The notes under the pieces were generated by a model that saw only the letters and a list, made by a program, of their open reading frames with translations, did not search any database and had not been told where the DNA came from. Position numbers and translations under genes: made by a program. This document shows, piece after piece, positions 50,481-61,440 of a stretch of 64,000 nucleotides of DNA; position 1 is the stretch's first letter; every line of letters starts with the position of its first letter. Source of the DNA: Eledone cirrhosa (lineage: Eukaryota). The stretch spans positions 243,040,001 to 243,104,000 of the forward strand of contig OZ024740.1 in the NCBI GenBank assembly GCA_964016885.1, read 5' to 3'.

Positions 50481-52824
50481 TGTAATATGTTGACCGAGTT
50501 TTACAAAAGCAGTTAGAGTAGTGTCAGGTGGTGCTTGTATTGTTCAGACATAATCTTGTAGTGAAATTATGAGTCCAATTCTACATTATTTACTTTGTAT
50601 AGTTTTTAAAACTATCAATAACATGAACACCTACTCAGGAAGTTTGTTATGATCATAATGAACAGTATGTAAGAGTTTTATTTTACATATGGAAATCAGT
50701 TGGTTCACCAAAAAGGGAAATTGCTTAGCAAACTTTTTTCATATTATAATTAACTTTCTAGAAAGAAAAAAAAGAGATGGAGATCTTGCAAAAGAAATAA
50801 GAATACATTAAAATAACATACATTATCTATCTTAGATATTTCAAAAGCTTAATGAGTTATCACTTCAACTTCATGAGCAAGCCATTAGAATGACTGATTG
50901 TAAAAGAGAGCTGAAAATATTTACTAAAAAATTGAAAATCTTTTACAGCATGCCTGAGCTAATAGCAATTTGTTTTTCACTTAACAAAATGGATCTTAAA
51001 ACATAGATACATCATTAAACTGACATGAACATTCTCCTGAAGAGATGATGGTGTTCCTTTACTGCTGACCTATTTTTGAACTGGTCAGGAGAAAACAGAC
51101 TTCCTGAGAATCAGGGACACAGGGCCTGAACTCCAGGGGTAGATCGCTCTTTCTAACATTTGTCAATGTTTGTCATCCAATAAATAACAGTTCAACAAAA
51201 CGTAGTTTGTTGTTATTTTACATATAGTTTAACTAAAGCTATAAATGGTGACCCTGAGAAAAAGAAAAAAAACAAAACAAACAAAGTACATAATCAGGAC
51301 AAGTGAAAACACCATTGCACTTAGGCTCCCACAGTTCTGGCCAAAATGAGCCGATGTATGGTTTGCACAAGCTGAGGACAGTTCACCATCAAAACATCAC
51401 TTGGATCTGACCAAATACTCATGCCTGACAACAGCGCTAGATGAAGAAACAGCAACAAGAGCATTAGACATCTTATTCAAACCACCAGGTGCTTATAAAT
51501 ATGAAGCAATAAAAAATAGACTCATTGAAACATTCTGGTTGAGGGATCGGGAAGCGATGGCCAGGATATTGGGTACCGATGGAATAGGCGATTCCAAGCC
51601 TTCAGAACTAATGGATAGAATGCTAGCATTTGTGCTCTCTGGTGAGTGACCTAGATTTTTTATTTAGGCAGATATTCCTCCATAAATTGCCCCCTCTCCA
51701 AATCTAGTCCCTCATAATTATGGGAGTTAGCAAAAGTAGCAGACAAACATTTTTTTGTATATGGGTTTATAATCAATGCCATGAGGTCAGCCCCAAGACA
51801 TGAGGAGGTTACACAAGATTATTTGTGTTTCCATTACAAGAAGTTTGGAGCAAGAGCTATCAGGTAAAAACAACCATGCATCTTCAAGAACTCTTCATCA
51901 TTGGCTCTGGTAAACTCTAGGGCTGGTCACCATTAAACGCTCTGTTGGCTGGCAAACACAATCAACTGATCCTGTATGTCCATGATCAGATCTCCAGACA
52001 AAGATTCGTAATTGACACAGGAGCAGAAGTCAGCCTCATCCTGGCATCACAAAGGACCTCTATTATAGAGAGCTAGGTCAACCTTTGGCATCCACCAATG
52101 CTTCCAAAATTAAAGTGTACAGATGCAAGATTCTCTCCTTTCACATAGGCTCGCAGGAATATACATGGGCATTCACTATTGCTGATGTCTATCAGCCTAT
52201 CATCGGAGCAGATTTCCTTTGAGCCCACACTGCTGGTTGACCTTCAGGGGAAATGATTCATCAACAGCAACACGTATGCCTTTGTTTCTCAGGCCACAGC
52301 TGAACATGTGGTGGCTCCTCACATAACAGCCGTCTCTCAGACCAGGGACAAGTTCTTGGACCATCTTTTGAACTGCCTGAATCTCACTACCCCGACATTT
52401 GCCAAACCTACATCTCACCACGGAGTAAAACATCACATTCCAATAACCAGCCTTCCAGTACACAGATATATGCAGCATCTACCACGAGACAAACTTGCCG
52501 TTACATGAGCTGAGTTAGACAATATGGAAGCTTTGGGCATTGTTCATCAATCAAACATCCCTGGTCATCACCTCTACATGTGGTACCAAAACCCAATGGA
52601 GGTTGCCAACCTTGCAAGGATTATCGCCATCTCAACATGAGCACTATACTCAACCACTAACCCATTCTGCATATACTTGTACTCAGCTCCGTTAGCCAAG
52701 TACTCAATTTTCTCAAAATTCGACCTCATCTGAGGTTATTATCAAATACCAGTACAAGATGATATTCCTAAGACTTCCATTATCATTCATTTCAGACAGT
52801 ATGAATTACTACATACATCTTTCA

Positions 52825-54668
52825 GAGAGAGAATTGATCTAGATGAAATGCAGTTCGGGTTTGTGTCAGGCAAAAGTACCACAGACGCTCTTTTCATTGT
52901 ACGACAACTACAGGAGAAGTACCTAGCTAAAAGTAAACCCCTATACTTAGCTTTCGTCGACTTGGAGAAAGCCTTCGACAGAGTCTCCCGTTCCATTATC
53001 TGGTGGTCTCTTAGAAAACTAGGTGTTGACAAATGGCTTGTGAGAGCTATACAAGCCATGTATAAAGAAACAGTCAGTAAGGTTAGAATTAACAACGAAT
53101 ATAGTGAAGAGTTTAGCGTAAAAGTTGGTGTCCATCAGGGCTCTGTTCTTAGCCCCCTACTATTTATTATTGCCCTTCAGGCTATAACAGAGGAGTTCAA
53201 GACCGGCTGCCCATGGGAACTCCTATACGCAGATGATCTAACGCTCATAGCTGAATCAATGACCGAACTAGAGAAGAAATTCCAAACATGGAAGCACGGC
53301 CTAGAATCAAAAGGCCTTAAAATTAACCTGGCTAAGACTAAAGTTCTAGTTTGTAGGAAAGAAAATAAGGCGGCGGTCCCATCTGGGAAATGGCCATGCT
53401 CAGTGTGTAGGAAAGGCGTAGGTAGAAACTCCATTTTATGTCCCAAATGCAAAGTATGGGTGCATAAAAGATGTAGTGGGATCACAGGTAAGCTAACTAA
53501 GAACATAGATTTTACATGTGGCCGGTGCTCTGGTGCAATAAGTAGCAGCAAGTGCCCACAAAATACTAGCTCCTTCAACTGCACAGAGGGTTCTATAGAA
53601 ATAGTGGACAGCTTCCGTTATCTGGGTGACAAAATCAGCAGTGGGGGAGGTTGCTCTGAAAGTACAGTAGCTAGAGTCAGAACTGGATGGAAAAAGTTCA
53701 GAGAGCTTATACCACTATTAGCCGCTAGAGGGTTCTCCCTAAAAATGAAAGGCAGGTTATACGATGCCTGCATACGAACAGCAATGCTGCATGGCAGTGA
53801 GACCTGGGCATTGTGTGCAGAGGATATACGCAGACTAGAGAGGAACGAAGCTTGCATGCTCCGCTGGATGTGCAATAGTAATATACGTGAACAGCAAAGC
53901 ATAAATGAACTAAGGAAAAAATTAGAAATAAGAGGGATCAGATGTTGTTTGCTCGAGAGAAGGCTACGTTGGTACGGTCACGTGATGCGCATGAAAGACG
54001 ACAGCTGTATAACAAAGTGCAGGGCAATAAAGATAGACGGTAGCCACGGAGTAGGCAGACCCAGAAAAACATGGGACGAGCTGATAAATTCCGACCTCAC
54101 ACGCTTACACCTCTCCAAGACAATGTCACTGGACCGAGACCTTTGGCGGTACTCAGTAATAGAGAAGACCCGCCTTACCTAAATACAAAGTAAAAACCTA
54201 CTACAGTCAGTAGGCATCTCTATCAAAACACACCCCCGTCCCACCACCTCCACCCCACCCACACCGCCCCTTTCAATGTAAAGTTATGTTGGTCCCACAA
54301 CATCCAGGCCGAAACAAATGAGATCGTGTAGGTGTCACGACAAAAAACACACAGTCCACGCTGTAAATGTGGCCGTGTAGGCAACACGGTAAAAACCTCC
54401 CAGCCCCACACTGTAAATGTGGTTGGTGTTAGGAAGGGCATCCAGCTGTAGAAAACCCGCCAGACAGTCCACGCTGTAATGTGGCCGTGTAGGCAACACG
54501 GTAAAAACCTCCCAGCCCCACACTGTAAATGTGGTTGGTGTTAGGAAGGGCATCCAACTGTAGAAAACCCGCCAGACAGTCCACTCTTGCCTCAAGTGGG
54601 AAAATCCCCGTCCAAACCCATGCAAGCGTGGAACACGGACGCTAAACCTGATGATGATGATGATGATG
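52825..54668 (+). mobile_element. Young 5'-truncated RTE LINE nested in the Gypsy RT, TSD ATCTTTCA
   Basis: ATCTTTCA at 52817-52824 and 54669-54676. Removing the insert restores Gypsy YELLHTSFKLKNIAQSF. (GAT)n tail. Confidence 0.96.
52848..54182 (+). CDS. Uninterrupted C-terminal 444 aa of RTE ORF: RT + PHD-type finger + thumb
   Basis: DLEKAFDRV, QGSVLSP, YADD (53226-53237), C4HC3 (53397-53528), FRYLG, RWYGHV, GRPRKTW. 5'-truncated, so probably not autonomously expressed. Confidence 0.9.
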   Translation: MQFGFVSGKSTTDALFIVRQLQEKYLAKSKPLYLAFVDLEKAFDRVSRSIIWWSLRKLGVDKWLVRAIQAMYKETVSKVRINNEYSEEFSVKVGVHQGSVLSPLLFIIALQAITEEFKTGCPWELLYADDLTLIAESMTELEKKFQTWKHGLESKGLKINLAKTKVLVCRKENKAAVPSGKWPCSVCRKGVGRNSILCPKCKVWVHKRCSGITGKLTKNIDFTCGRCSGAISSSKCPQNTSSFNCTEGSIEIVDSFRYLGDKISSGGGCSESTVARVRTGWKKFRELIPLLAARGFSLKMKGRLYDACIRTAMLHGSETWALCAEDIRRLERNEACMLRWMCNSNIREQQSINELRKKLEIRGIRCCLLERRLRWYGHVMRMKDDSCITKCRAIKIDGSHGVGRPRKTWDELINSDLTRLHLSKTMSLDRDLWRYSVIEKTRLT

Positions 54669-57600
54669 ATCTTTCAAGCTAAAAAACATAGCACAATCCT
54701 TTTAACCCTTGATAGACACTGTGTACATGGGTTTAAGCTTGTTTTTTTATACCTGGAAAACAACGTTATTGCAAGTCAAAATGTGTAACTACAAAAGAAG
54801 CACCTATTGGCTCTTTTTGATAGGCTTGAATAATACAGCTTGGTAGTCAAGCCTGCCAAGTCTCTTTGGTGTTACAGAAATTGACTTTGTTGGACATTGA
54901 ATCACAGGAACTGCTGCTACACACCTACTAGCAAAGATGAAAGATATCTTATCCTTTCCACATGCCACCATATGTGAGGCTCTGCATCACTTTGTAAGAA
55001 TGGTAAACTTTTATCATAGTTTCATCCCTTAAGCAGCAAAATTGATGAGACTTCTGTATAAAGCTCTATCAGGAAAATGTTTCAAAAATCAGGTGGAGTA
55101 CGACAGTACAATGACTTCAGGCTTCAAATCCACAAAAGAAGCTCTTGCTAAAACAACCATGCTTTCCGATCATCATATGTCAGCATCAACTGCTGTCACA
55201 GAGGATGCCTCTGATACAGCCGTTGGAGGTGTTTGGGAAAATATGTCAGTGGCGACCTCTAGCTTTCTTCAGTTGACAACTTCTACCACCTGATAGTGCT
55301 TTTGACAGAGAACTGCTAGTCTCTCATTTAGGTATTCGACTCTTTCACTATTTTCTGGAAGGTCAACCTTTCATGATGTTCACAGACAACAAATCACACA
55401 CTTTTGTAATGAACAAGCTATGAGTCATGGTTTGTACATCAGCAGCGACACTTAGCCATTTCTGAATACACTACTGACATTCAGCACATATCTGGAAAAA
55501 TCCACCCAGTTACTGATGCACACTCTAGAGCCTCTATTGACTCTGACACCAACAGAGCCTCGATAATGGAATGTTTTGACTGTTAGGCTATGACCATAGC
55601 TCAACAAACTGACAATGACATCAGGGCTTACCACACCACTGTCACTTCCCTTTCCTTGTAGGATAGACATTTTGACTCCAATGGACAACCCTTCCTTGTG
55701 ATGTATCTACCAGGAAACCATGACTAATCATTACATTAGCCTGGTTTCAAAACGTTTTTGACATATCCCAAATGGATATCCGATCCACATGCCATGTGAT
55801 GTCACGCAAGTTTATCTGACATGGTATAGCCAACCAAATTGGGAAGTCGGCCTGTATCCCCTTACAACAAGCCAAAGTCCATCAGCATACAAAAGCACCT
55901 CTTGGCAGCTATGAACCTCCACAGACCCATTTCAGCCATGTCATCACTGACCTCGTTTGCCCCCTACCACCTTTGCTGGGTTGCTCATACCTACCGACCA
56001 TAGTGGAACACTTCACTTGTTTGTCTGAAGCCTTAGCTCTCCACAGCACAGAAATAGGAAATCACCCATGCCTTTATTACAAGCTGGGCTGCCTGTTTTA
56101 CTGTCCCAGACAGCATCTCACCCGACCATGGACCTCAATTCACCTCAAAGCTATGGAATGACGTGAGCTTTTTGACATCAACATGCCTATCACCTCCAGG
56201 CTAATGGCTTAGTGGAGAGATTTTACCGCTGCTTGAAGGAATCCCTCATCACTAGACTTAATGGGCCTGACTGCATCAAGCAACTTCTGTGGGTGATGCT
56301 GGGAATCTGCATGTACCCAAAGGAATACCTTAACATTTCGTCTGCAGAAATGGTTTACAGTGCTCTGCTTACTGTACAGGAGGAATTAATTCTAAACATG
56401 AAGTCAGACTCAGATACCATAAAGTATCTTGAACAGCTGAGAGACAATATGGGTCAGTTTCACCCTACTCATATGTTAACACATGGTACACCTTGGTCCT
56501 CTGTACCAAATGACATTCACAAAGTAAAGTTTTTTTTCTTTCATTGCGATACACAGCAAAAACACTTTCAGTAATCCTATTATGTACTATACAATGTCAT
56601 TCATCCAGGAAACAAGCCATTTTAACTCCTGATTGGAGGACAACAGGACACGGTTTCCATTGATAGATTGAAACCAGCCCATTTTGACATTTGCAACCCA
56701 AATAAATAGCTCAGCCAACAAACAGAGGCTGTCCTAGGCATCTCACACCAAACCCTGATGACAAACAGAGCCAATTAACTACATGCATGGGTCAGATAGT
56801 AAAAACACCTTATCAGTTCCAATAACAATCAACAGTTCTGAAGGGGAGCTATGTAGAGCATTGCTCGCAAGCTTGAAAAAAACGAACTGTTGATGGTGTT
56901 CCTTTACAGCAGACTTGTTATTGAACTGGACAGGAGAAAACAGACTTCCAGGGACTCAGGGAAATAGGACCTGAACTCCCGGGGTAGATCACTCTTTCTA
57001 ATGTTTGTCAATGTTTATCATCCAATAAATAAAAACAACAACAAACCACAGTTTGTTGTTATTTTACATATAGTTTAACTAAAGCCATACTCAGATATAT
57101 TTTCCTTCAATGTAAAACCATAGCTGATAAACCCATTTAATTGATATGTTATTTCAGCAAAAGAACAAATTGAAGAAGAATTAAATGCAATAATAGCTAC
57201 ATGTAGGTTTTAGTAAGAAAGACTGAATTCTGGTCATTACAAAACCGTAAAACATTATATCCAAGGTTATGGACAGAAGTGAACAAAATAATTGTATTAT
57301 CCAGCAACATAAATGGTTGAAACTGGGAATGAATTTCTAACTGAAAAGAAATAAAGTGAATGTAAAAGAGTTGACATAAGAATTTAACTTAGTATCATTA
57401 AATCAAGCATTCTATATATAATAAGAAAATCCCCAGCCTCAAGTATCTCCTTAATAAAATAGCAATAGATTTTTTTTTATATTATTTTTTTTTCTGTGTG
57501 TGTGTAGGAAGCAATTTGAAACTCAGGTGGGCAAAAATATTTTCAAGAAAGCAATGGCTAAAATAAAAAGTTTGGAACTACAGAGCTTCAGCTAAGAGAG

Positions 57601-57835
57601 CACTTCCAAGAAGATGTGGGACAGCTCAGTTAAATCTGGGGATGTTCACAAGCAATTTTGAAAGTTCCAGTTTACAAACTGAGGTTGAGTTTACCTTTCA
57701 TCCTTCTGACATCAGTAAAATAAACTACCAGAGAAGTACAGGAGTCGATATAATTAACTATACCCTCTTCCAAAAGATGTGGCTTTATGTTTATTCGAAA
57801 TATCATCATTATTATTATTATTATTATTATTACAA

Positions 57836-58030
57836 GGCGGTGAATTGGCAGTATCGGTAGAGGGTTGGACGCCATGCTTTCTAGCATAGTTACGTCCCTT
57901 TACGGTTTGAGTTCAAATCCCGTCGAGGTTAACTTTGTCTTTCATCCTTACGGGGCACAAGGCCAGCAATTACCCAGTAATGTACTGGGTAATTGCTGGC
58001 CTTGTGCCAAAAGTAGAAATAATAATTATT
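57836..58030 (+). mobile_element. SINE copy with internal fold-back rearrangement
   Basis: Normal head, but the middle is replaced by an inverted copy of the 3' end, giving a 26-bp-arm palindrome at 57954-58008. Confidence 0.88.
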
Positions 58031-58259
58031 ATTATTACTAGTTGTCCCGTGCAATGTTTTCTTGCTTAAAGAATCAGTATCATCCCATCTTTTCCAAAGC
58101 AACTTGATGAGCAAATGGCAAAGAGGTGATTTGATTTTATAAAAAAGCTGAGCACAAGAAACTCTAGTGTTCTTAATAAGTTATATGTAAGTTTATGTAA
58201 AAATGTATTCCCTTAAATATAAGTATGTATATTTATTTATCATTATTGTTCAATGAATT

Positions 58260-58450
58260 GGCGGTGAATTGGCAGTATCGGTAGAGGGTTGGACGCCATG
58301 CTTTGACGCATAGAGTTACGGCCCTTGCCATTCTGAGTTCAAATCCCGCCGAGGTTAACTTTGCCTTTCATCCTTATGGGGTCGATAAAATAAAGTACCA
58401 GTAATGTACTGGGTAATTGCTGGCCTTGTGCCAAAAGTAGAAACAATTAT
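58260..58450 (+). mobile_element. Full-length tRNA-derived SINE (reference copy)
   Basis: A-box-like TGGCAGTATCGG, B-box GAGTTCAAATCC, central GCCTTTCATCCTT..GGGGTCGATAAAATAAAGTACCAG (resembles a Meta/Nin-type conserved SINE domain), (ATT)n tail. More than 15 copies in the window. Confidence 0.9.
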
Positions 58451-58589
58451 TGTTCAATGAATTATACAAATTTCAAATTTAATAAAATGATGTAAAACAA
58501 ACTAAATTTAACATAAAAGTAAAGTAATATTATAAATACATAAATATTAAAAAATAAACATCGATATATTTGAAATATGCCATAGAATA

Positions 58590-59775
58590 TCATCATCATC
58601 ATCATTTTACGTCCGCTTTTCCCTGCTTGCAAGGGTGGGACGGGTCTTATTCAGCACAGCTTCTCTCCACTTGTCACGGTCCTTCGTCATCTCCATCATG
58701 AGCTTCAGCGATCTGAGGTCTGTTCTCACCACCTCCGCCCGTGTTTTTCGTGGTCTACCTCTACCACGTCTTCCTTCAACTGGTATTTCCTGGCACTTCT
58801 TCACCCATCGGTCATCCTCCATGCACATCACATGTCCATACCACCTCAGTCTCCTCTCTCGCACACTACATTCTATCCCTCTCAGACACAGTTTCTCTCT
58901 CAACACATTCATGCTGGGTCGATCACGCACATTGACATTGCACATCCAACTGAGCATGCTTGCTTCATTTCTCTCCAGCCATCGCATATCCTCTGCAGTT
59001 GCTGCCCATGTCTCACTACCATGCAACATCCCACTCCTCACACAGGCATAATATAACCGGCCTTTCGTACGTAGGGAGAAACCCTTCTTCATCAGCAGAG
59101 GAAGCAGCTCCCTAAACTTCTTCCAACCCGTCCTTATTCTAGATGCTATGGCCTTGGAACACCCCCCTCCCATGCTAATCTGATCTCCTAGGTACTGGAA
59201 GCTATCCACCACTTCTATAGCACCCGCCTGCATTTGAAAAATGTGTCTATCAATGCGACTTCTACTGTCTAATTTCCCTGCACATCTACTGCATACGTAT
59301 TTTTCCCTACCTATTAGTTTGCCTGCTATCCCACTACATATCTTGTGTACCCAGGATCTGCATTGTGTGCATTTTATAGAATTTATGCCAGTTCCTTTTC
59401 TGCATATCGAACATGGCCATTTCCCTGATGGAATCAGAGTATTGTCCTCTGTTCTACTCATCAACACTTTTGTCTTAGCTAGGTTCACTCTCAGTCCTCT
59501 TGCTTCCAACTGCTGTTTCCATAGCCAGAATTTATTCTCTCGCTCCTCTACTGATTCTGTTATAAGAACCAGATCGTCAGCATAGAGAAGTTCTCATGGA
59601 CAGCCAGTCTTAAACTCCTCCGTTATGGCTTGGAGGACTATAATGAACAAGAGCGGGCTGAGGACTGAACCTTGATGTACTCCTACTTGTATCTGGAATT
59701 CCTCACTAAACTCCATTCCTACCCTGACTTTACTGACAGTATCTCTGTACAAAGTTTGCACTGTCCTCACAAGCA
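58590..59775 (-). mobile_element. 5'-truncated RTE LINE, divergent subfamily with intact PHD ligands
   Basis: 300-aa ORF WPCSICRKG...CTQC..WVHKIC...YVCSRC, FQYLG, RWYGHV. Very short 3'UTR and (GAT)n tail. Confidence 0.94.
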
Positions 59776-60004
59776 CATATATACAAATCCATTGTACACA
59801 TGAAAAGGATATGGAAGCTGTTGAAGCTTGCCTTTAGAATCACGTATGGGGCCGCTAGAAATTCTGCTACTGACCCAACCGTGATGTGGACAATGGTAGG
59901 TTACCTTAATAATTTCTGTTCCAGAATCAAAATAAATATAAATATAACTCCTTTAAAATAAATATAACTCCTTTAACATTAAGAAAACAATCAAGCATAC
60001 ACAA

Positions 60005-60185
60005 TAATTGCTTCTACTTTTTGGCACAAGGCCAGCAATTATCCCAGTGTATTACTGGTACTTTATTTTATCGACCCCGTAAGGATGAAAGGCAAAGTTA
60101 ACCTCGGCGGGATTTGAACTCAGTCCATAAAGGGACATAACTGTGCTACAAAGCATAGCGTCCGACCCTCTACCGATACTTCCAA
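60005..60185 (-). mobile_element. tRNA-derived SINE
   Basis: Reverse complement of the 58260 family. Confidence 0.88.
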
Positions 60186-60396
60186 TAATTTTTCAGTTTC
60201 CTAATGCTCCTTTTAAACAACTATATATATATTTTAGGAAATCTGTAGAAATTATTAAGTGACTGCTTTATACAATTAAATAATAATGAGTGGGCATAAA
60301 CTAGGAGTGAAAAAATTACAATATGGTAAATGAAGTAATACAGAACTTTTCTGATAGACCCCTACTACACCTCCAAACGTAGGTCATCAGAAGTAC

Positions 60397-60442
60397 CTTT
60401 TGAAACAGAACATAAAGATGCATTGGAGATAAAGCAATGTAT
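60397..60442 (-). CDS. Candidate host exon (46 nt, e.g. YIALSPMHLYVLFQK)
   Basis: ttcatttggctctatag | exon | gtactt. All three frames open; the phase 2 to 0 reading would join 45191-45262. Confidence 0.3.
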
Positions 60443-60779
60443 CTATAGAGCCAAATGAACCTTAAACAATTATACTCAGTTCTTATAAGACACAGGCTAA
60501 AGTTAGGATTACACCTTAGTGAGTTAGAGAAAGGAGGAGGTGGAGCGGGTGGGAGTGAAAGAGAGGGTTTTCATAGCTGAGTTTTCATTAAAAGGCAGGA
60601 ATTATAAGTGTAAAGCTGTCAACATCAATACACACGTGTTCAAAGAAACCACTACCTTTACCTTGATATGGATGCATATTTTTTTTCTTCCTTTGCACAT
60701 TACACTTTAATTAGAGAGAGGAGGAGGTGGAGTGGTATTTCCCTCCTTCTATATAGAAAGTGTGACAGACAGACATTGA

Positions 60780-61440
60780 CAGTATCGGTAGAGGGTCGGA
60801 CACCATGCTTTACAGCAAAGAGTTACGGCTCTTTATGGTCTGAGTTCAAATCCCGCCGAGTTTAACTTTGCTTTTCATCCTTACGGGGGTCGATAAAATA
60901 AAGTACCAGTAATACACTGGGATAATTGCTGGCCTTGTGCCAAAAGTAGAAACAATTATAGTATAGATTATTAAGGCAGTGAATTGGCAGTATCAGTAGA
61001 GCATCAGATAACATGCTTTGCAACATATAATTAAAGCCCTTTACACTCTGAGTTCAAATTCTGCTGAGGTAAGCTTTGCCGTTCATCCTTTCAGGGTCAA
61101 TAAAATAAAGCACCAGTAATGCACTGGGGTCAATTTAATCAACTTTTTCCTCCCCTTCAAAATGCTGGCCTTGTGCCTAACGTAGAAACAATTATTATTA
61201 TTATTATTATAATTATACAGGATAGTGGATTGATAGAATTATTGGTGAGTTAGACAAAATAACTTGCAGTATTTCTTACTGCTTATTACATTGTGAGTTC
61301 AAATTCCACTGAGGTCAACTATACCTTTCCCCACTTTTAATGTCTATAAAAATAGTTCCAGTCAAGTATTTTGTCAATTTTATCAACAATCCCCACCTCC
61401 CCCAACTAAATTTGTGGTCTTATGCTTATGTTGAAAATGA
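60780..61440 (+). mobile_element. Three head-to-tail SINE copies of increasing divergence
   Basis: Copies at ~60780, 60974 and 61219. Confidence 0.85.

Larger units (their letters stand above)
51046..57090 (+). mobile_element. Decayed Gypsy LTR retrotransposon, CsRN1-like
   Basis: LTRs 51046-51243 (first ~40 bp lost) and 56852-57090. PBS TGGTGACCC at 51246 (tRNA-Trp type); PPT GAAGGGGAG at ~56840. Gag LPQFWP..WFAQAE and a CHCC-like knuckle; protease IDTGAEVS; RT PWSSPLHVVPK..DYRHLN; RNase H DAS; integrase HLQANGLVERF. Confidence 0.92.
50590..57410 (+). pseudogene. hAT (Buster/ZBED8-like) transposase relic split by the Gypsy element
   Basis: Left part (50590-51045): LHMEISWFTK..NCL...YLS*IFQKLNELSLQL. 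Right part (57089-57410): YSDIF...LINPF...FW...YPRLW. Confidence 0.65.

Noticed and set aside
60350-60395. Minus-strand CTGATGA-CCTAC...GTAGG possible hammerhead
   Set aside because: No GAAA after the stem.
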